Below are positions 58,401-64,000 of a stretch of 64,000 bases of DNA, one piece after another. A program made the translations under genes and the position numbers. A model generated the notes under the pieces. That model was not told the DNA's origin. It worked only from the letters and a program-made list of their open reading frames with translations, and did not search any database. Source of the DNA: Bugula neritina (Eukaryota; Animalia; Bryozoa); assembly GCA_964035545.1 (NCBI GenBank), contig OZ037767.1:4232707-4296706 (forward strand), written 5' to 3'. Position 1 is the stretch's first letter; every line of letters begins with the position of its first letter.

Positions 58401-59683
58401 CTTAAATGCTATTTTGTGTTGGTGTATATTCTGTAGCCATAAGTTTGAGTTGTATATTTCTGTGGTAGTCTCAAATATTGGTGGTGCGGTTGCTGTAGAT
58501 GTTTCATAGGCATGATACTGTGAATGTTGTTTACTAAAGTTTCTTGGTTCTTGTCCATGACACATGTATATATCTTGGAACTGTTACAGGAGGGACTTCA
58601 ACTAGACCCGTAAACACTCCAGCTAAACCTGACACTCCTAGGCCGATCGCCAGTGCCAAGTCAACACTGAGAACTGATACACAAATGAAAAGGTGTAAGC
58701 AGCCCACAACCAGACCTCCCGGTAAGAAAAGTGAAGCTGTTAGTAAGATTGCATCACTCTGGAAACCATCTTCTGCAGCTGATTCTCCAAGGACACCTCA
58801 ACACAAGCCAAAACTGCAGTCATCCTTAACTGTTCAAAGCAAACTCCTTAAACCAAAGTCTGATGCCAACAGGAACAGGAAGTCTCCTGCTAAGTCAGAC
58901 GGCGACTCAGTGCCGGAGTATGTGGTGGCCATTTCCTTTAGAGAAACCAATATACCAGCAGCAGTAACCGTGACGAAGGAGTCACCCCCTTCTGACTCAC
59001 TCAACACAGATACGTGTGAGCAAGCCCCTCTCCCCATTCTACCGGATACTGACAGCTTTAAAGACTCTAGTTGTGAGTCTGCCAGCCATCCTAGCAGGCA
59101 TACCTCTGTCCAGCCCGACTCTTCTGTAGGTAGCCACGTCTCAGCAGATGCTCTGGCAGACGTGACTACTACTCAGCAGTCATCAACTCCGAGTAAACTG
59201 GTGCCTTCGGTGGGCGAAGCTGGCACAGAAAATAAACTCGGTAAACAGCCTAAGAACTCTGCCATAGTGAGCCCCTTCTTGTACAAACCAACTCTACCGA
59301 AGACCCCAAGTACCAACACTGCTAGTGCTCAGTCAGCCGTACCATCTTCTACAGATATTCTCTCTGCAAATATTCTCTCCTCAACTCACACGCCACACAG
59401 CAACCACATTAAACTATGTCTCGACATAACACCACATATAACCTTGTCTCAAGTGTCCCCTAAACCTGCCAATCTTAATGAATCTAATGATATGGTAGCT
59501 GCCGAGCATGCTGCCGAGCATGCTGGGGATGTTTCGGCCTCTCACACACCACTACCTGCTATGACTAAAACCGAGATGCTGCTTCGACGCAGATCAGAAA
59601 TACTCCATAAACGACGACTTAGCGAATGCAATGCCCTGTCTTCATTAACTCCGACTTTTAGCTCAAAAACTACAGATGTGTAG
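22328..59683 (+). CDS. APC: Adenomatous polyposis coli protein, complete, 38 coding exons, about 3170 aa
   Basis: Phase-consistent exons: 22328-22484, 23035-23144, 25274-25519, 26638-26863, 28292-28539, 28815-28955, 29415-29597, 29869-30013, 30291-30430, 30753-30938, 31237-31408, 31730-31832, 32300-32496, 33003-33181, 35743-35932, 36196-36328, 36972-37231, 37850-38009, 38446-38635, 39106-39374, 39856-40027, 41001-41134, 41428-42416, 42767-42994, 43524-43819, 44611-44790, 45268-45463, 45708-45886, 47200-47317, 47668-48039, 48725-48886, 50476-50609, 51183-51332, 51995-52153, 52676-52820, 52963-53069, 56621-57683, 58590-59683 (9513 nt). APC hallmarks: QLMAQVEQL..LQQELSSNSSHIARLE, LGTKVQMVYSLISMLGTHD, MRQSGCLPLL, RRYACMTLTNLTFGD, SALWNLSAHC, SPSDLPDSPG, CISSAMP, YTPIEGTPYCFSRN, GPRITKP, VSPFLYKP, terminal TTDV. 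Confidence 0.95.
23775..23885 (+). mobile_element. Short dispersed repeat (non-autonomous element fragment), copy A
   Basis: Matches 37622-37730: gaaattctc.tgaga.cataacttct...atttctaatctagaacacgggctttt.tcaa.ttctcc.ttactgca. Confidence 0.7.
24419..24470 (+). promoter_or_regulatory. Candidate internal APC promoter / alternative non-coding first exon
   Basis: Inr-consensus TCAGTT at 24419-24424, donor GTAAGT at 24471, CpG-enriched upstream DNA with TGAGTCA at 24191. The next exon (25274) has an in-frame ATG at 25277. Confidence 0.4.
27745..27950. repeat. Degenerate 10-13 bp tandem repeat (CAGCAGTTACTAA)
   Basis: Seen directly in the sequence. Confidence 0.8.
29620..29735. repeat. Degenerate 17-bp repeat (GTAGTGGGTGTGGTCAA)
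   Basis: Seen directly, just downstream of the 29597 donor. Confidence 0.7.
30176..30285. repeat. Degenerate 21-bp repeat (ACAGTGTGTTCTAAGACTATT)
   Basis: Seen directly, abutting the 30290 acceptor. Confidence 0.7.
34425..34512. repeat. 14-bp tandem repeat (CTTAGGGTACTTRR)
   Basis: About 6 degenerate copies. Confidence 0.7.
35020..35712. repeat. Compound minisatellite: GTTAAC cores separated by variable (CT)n-CACTC spacers
   Basis: Dozens of [ctct/ctca/ctta]GTTAAC(TC)n units, ending 30 nt before the 35742 acceptor. Confidence 0.95.
36321..36460 (+). repeat. 20-bp tandem repeat x7 (AATGTGAG|GTAATGTATTAT) containing an APC splice donor
   Basis: The first unit spans the exon end at 36328. 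All seven units retain AG|GTAATG. Confidence 0.95.
37620..37732 (+). mobile_element. Short dispersed repeat, copy B
   Basis: Aligns with 23775-23885. A partial inverted copy is at about 44928-44965 (aagaagttattttctcacaggaacttcaaccc). Confidence 0.7.
40045..40198. repeat. TG-rich low-complexity tract
   Basis: (gtgtg/gctgt)n downstream of the 40027 donor. Confidence 0.8.
53300..53430. repeat. 14-bp tandem repeat (TAGTGGACACCCCA)
   Basis: Three perfect copies plus several degenerate ones. Confidence 0.85.
56621..59683 (+). other. APC: APC basic (microtubule-binding) region and C-terminal class I PDZ-binding motif (TTDV*)
   Basis: Two large S/K/P/T-rich exons containing GPRITKP, VVRGRRKPLY and SAIVSPFLYKP. 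The terminal T-D-V corresponds to VTSV in vertebrates. Confidence 0.88.
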
Positions 59684-59985
59684 ATAACCACTTTCTCAAC
59701 GATACTCAAACTTATTGTAATTACTTTTATGTTCGTTTAGTGTTATAATCTTTATTCTGTTTTATGGCATCAACTTTGTACTTTTGAGATTTTAATTTTA
59801 GTTTTCGCCATAGTAGTATATATCTTATGGAAAAAGTGAAACTATTTATGTGCGCTAATTATCTCTAATATTTTATTTGTGTATATTCCGTGACTTACCA
59901 AGTGTTTATATTTTGTTTAGTGGCCACGGTTTTTGATAACCCTTGTTTTTTATATTTGTACAGTCAAGCCGACTTTCATTCCATA

Positions 59986-59991
59986 AATAAA
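59986..59991 (+). terminator. Candidate APC polyadenylation signal AATAAA
   Basis: First canonical hexamer after the TAG at 59683, following a T-rich 3' UTR. Confidence 0.5.
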
Positions 59992-62900
59992 TAGCAAAGT
60001 TAACTAATAATTTTTCACCCTGTTTTCAGGATCTGGAGCTGCATTTTTTGTGATAAAATGAATGCCGCACAACATTTCAACTCTTATGCACTGCCAATAA
60101 GATGTGATATAAATAGTAGCGGCGTGTTATACCCTGTCACAAAGCAAATAGCAGGGTAGAAATCTCACAATTATTTTTTTTCTTTCGTACCATTGCTTGC
60201 AAGACTCGCCTAGAATATCTGATGCAAAAAATCCTCTCACTGATAGCCAATTAGTTTTTATTCCGTATTTCAGCATTGAGTCGATAACGAATTGCTCAAT
60301 TTGCTTCTTATAATTTCTCTACGCATCAGCCACTTGGGCTCCAAATCTGTGTGGAGTGTATGGGAACTGAACACCTAATATTTGCTATACAATATACAGA
60401 GGAAAGTGTTATATAAAGCATTTAGCAAGGCTTCAGCATACTCCATCACAGGCTCTCGACTACAAACTCATTTCTGCACTGAAAACACCAACAATATTTA
60501 CAGCAGGTGGCATTTATCTATGTGACCTTGTCTAAATGTGATTAACTAAATGATTTTATATTTATATATAATGTGATATTACAATATTCAAACAGTAATT
60601 ACTGCAAAATGTGACATGTGCTTGCAGTTGCTCTGATTGAGCAATGCATACACTAGGCAGACTGGACAAGGGACACTATCACATCAACTAGTATACAGCC
60701 TTTATAACAACGTACCCTTTCAACAGATACATATAGTTTGATAACATGTTGTGTTGCATAATAGTCTAAATATAGAACATAATTTTGGTAGGATTTCGAA
60801 TCTAGATATATTAGTTAGTTGGGAAAAATTATAAAGCACATTTTACAATGCACTTCTCAGTAATCATATATGTTTATTAACTATCTACGTTGTATATAGC
60901 ATATTTTTTAATAAGTGGACAGTAGAGATTAAATGACTGTTAACCATACTGTTTTCTGTTTGTTCTTCATTTATGCCATATAATTTAGTTTGATTTATAA
61001 TATTTGTTATAATTATTATAGTATCTAAGATCTAACTCAAATTTCATTAAAAATTTCACATTTCAATTTAATCCATCATATTATAGATTATTATGTAAGT
61101 TCTGTTAGCTGCCAAAAATAAATTAAAGTTAAGAACTTTCAAGGCTTTAATGAAGTCGTGCTTATTTATGACAGAAATTAATATCAGTTTTTGCTTTATG
61201 GTAGAGCAGTGAAATGCTATGAAAATAGAATTTTAAATTTTATAATCAAGTATTCTAAAGAAACCCTAATTCATAGTTACAAATTGTTCTTCGTATAGAA
61301 AAAGCAACAAGAAAAATTTTCATAACGTGTTCATAATCGTTTCCCTTACTACGTTGGTGTTACTTGGTGTGACTAGCAGAAGTAGGATATGCAGTTTAGA
61401 AACTTAATCTTATCTTCACTATGACATCACTAGTCTTGGGTCTTATATTGCGCATTGCCAATGCGAATGTTTTCTTGGAGTTCCTTCAAACTCTAAATTC
61501 TACTTTGCACAAAAAACTATTTTCAAGTAATTTGTTATATCCAAGATTGTAATTTGTTTTTCAGGGGTAAGTGGCAGTAAGTTTTCCTTGTGTAAAATCA
61601 GTTGCCAAAAAGCACAACATTCATAAGTTCCAATGGACCCTTAGTCAAATCCTTGTTTAGAATGCCAACATTGTGTGATAGATGGCTCAAATGAGTTCTT
61701 TTTTATTTTGGCAAGATCACCTTTCTTGCTGATTTAGTGAATACTATGTTTTTGCACTTTGAAAAAATTTAAGTATTGCAAAATAAATTGACATTTTCTG
61801 AGTTTTTGCAAAGAATGTTTTTATAACATATCTGTGCACAGTCTGTAGGTGATCATGAGACGTGACTAATGATTAAAGTAACAATTATAATGGCTTTTGT
61901 AAGTGCTTAGATTTCTTGGAATCTTAGTTTTTTGCAGAAACAGTACACATATAACTGAAATTCTTTCCGTAATGTTCTGGTTATGATTACAAGTAAATAC
62001 AAAAACAGATATTGTTGTTTTTGTTAGCAATGAGAAAACCGCAACATACAATTACTAGAATCAATAAAATTATACAAAATGAACAGCTGCAAACTGTTGA
62101 ATGCATTTAAAATTTATAAACTTATGTTACAAAAAATTTATAATGGATTTTGAACATCAGATTGTTTATTTCAGTTATGCAATCAAGTAGTTGTGATGGT
62201 AATAGTCACTTGTGTCACTTGACTAAGATTTTAATAATTTTACAGCCGAAAATAGAACAATCCAATAGTCTTTAGATTTCTCCCATACAGTAATCCAACT
62301 GATGACTATTATTTTCAGAAACTAAGTAAAAAATAATAAGATAAATAATTGCACATGACTAAAGTCTAGGCTTGTTATGTAAGTCTTATACTGCATTTGT
62401 AATAGCATGATGTCATTGACATTTTACCACTGGGTGTAGACAAATATTATCACTTTGTGCCATAATATTATCACAATAACATCCAACACACATCAGTAGA
62501 AATTAAATGCAAATGTATTATATATTTTAATCTGTGTCTATTTTTGCTAGCATTTGACAATAAGTATCGAAAGATGTACATATAATTTACATTACAAAGA
62601 TTTCATTGATATATTTGAAAACAGAGTACAAAAATGAAAAATAGTGGCCAGTTTAATATTTATAGAAAAAGTATTGTTGTTGGCCATAATTTCTTAGGAA
62701 GTCTTTAGTTTGTGTTGTCTTGAAAAAACTAAGTGCCTTTTTCTTAGAAAATACCAACAGTTTATGTGCTGCACTGCTTGCAATGTTACATAAGCAAGGC
62801 TTTTATGAAATAGTCTAAAAATCAATATAACATAATATTATGCAGCAGATTTTGAACTGGTGAAGTAAACTATCACAAATCTTATTTCTCAAACTACTTT

Positions 62901-64000
62901 CATAATACTTGAAAGTTGGCTAGTGTTTAGATGAAGCCTTGTTTTCTATTTGTACATTTGAACAGTTTGGAATATAAAGCAATATTGAGTCACTCAGATT
63001 AACAGTTTATACTTCTGCCTTTCTAACACACCACAGATTTCAGAGAATGGGTTGATTAAAGGGTTAATAGTAATTGCTTGTAAAACAAACAAAATACAGA
63101 CTATACTTCTTTATTATAAAAATATGATGCTTCACAACATAGCTAAGAATTAATACAACATATACTTATACAAATATTTCGATTTTTATGAAAAAGAGGT
63201 ATAGGATTATCTAGATTGTCTATGTTCAATTTAAACAGCAAATTTATATGCTAGTATCATATCTGAGTTTTAATATCTTTATTATTATTTATGTTCAGAA
63301 ACAAGATTTAAGAACTATTAGAATTATTTTTAAAATTAAATGTTGAAATATTTTTTATTGCAAAAAAAGGCTGTAACTGTATTTTCACCCATCAACAAAT
63401 AGTCAGCTGAGTTGACATGCAGGGGAGAGAGGATTTCATTTTATTTAAAATAGTTTAGCTAGTGAATTTTTTTTATGGTAACAAAAGCATATCTAGCTCA
63501 TATATGTTATAGCTTTGGGAATAAACAAATAAAAAAATCAAGTAAACAAACATGTTTTTGGTTTTTGCTAATGCATCCTTCCAACAGTAGTCATAACAAT
63601 TTTTTAATTGACCAAAATGACATAAGTTGTGGATGTACTATTTGTAAGGAGACCATAACAAAAATATTAAATTTATTAGAATATAAAAAATATTTCCATA
63701 ATAGAAGAGGAAGATATTTCTTCATGTACGCAATAAAAATATGCACTTAATTTACACATATAGCACCCCAAAAGGAGTTTTATAGTCAATATGTTTATGT
63801 CAATATAGTTCCTATTCACTTTGTATGCCTAGTGTTCATACAAATAGTTATCACATTGCTTGGTTTTACCACTATAAGTTGGTACAGCCTGGTCGAAAAT
63901 AATTCACCACCTGCATGTTTATAAGGTTTTAAAAACTTAACCCAAAAATAGGATCTGTTCAACGTAAGTAAAAGCTGGAAACACCGATTCAACCAGCAAT

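Noticed and set aside
41437-59037. Numerous antisense and alternate-frame ORFs over APC exons
   Set aside because: Shadows of GC-richer coding exons with no independent gene signals.
60000-64000. Possible further gene downstream of APC
   Set aside because: AT-rich sequence with only short ORFs lacking recognisable motifs or consistent splice structure. I treated it as intergenic or intronic DNA of a neighbouring gene.

Overview
AT-rich, intron-rich animal (protostome-like, probably lophotrochozoan; this is an inference) genomic DNA, not prokaryotic. I assembled exons by hand from GT-AG sites and checked phase continuity. Four genes: (1) + strand, the 3' 13 exons (494-9206) of a PTPN14/PTPN21/Pez-family tyrosine phosphatase, whose WPD loop reads WHQ; (2) - strand, a probable spliced 65-71 aa microprotein gene that I do not recognise (10277-10492); (3) - strand, a complete 7-exon, 423-aa innexin (12653-15449); (4) + strand, a complete adenomatous polyposis coli (APC) gene with 38 coding exons (22328-59683, about 3170 aa), containing the N-terminal coiled coil, Armadillo repeats, 15- and 20-aa repeats, CID, SAMP/SALP repeats, basic domain and a PDZ-binding end. 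Introns carry many mini- and microsatellites, two inverted copies of a tRNA-derived SINE, a decayed RTE-like LINE end and a small dispersed repeat. No CRISPR, rRNA or true tRNA was found. The best leads are the orphan microprotein, the probable pseudophosphatase, tandem repeats that multiply APC splice donors with in-frame stops, introns at an identical position in three APC 20-aa repeats, an internal APC promoter candidate, and (TA-N)n tracts that bracket predicted promoters.
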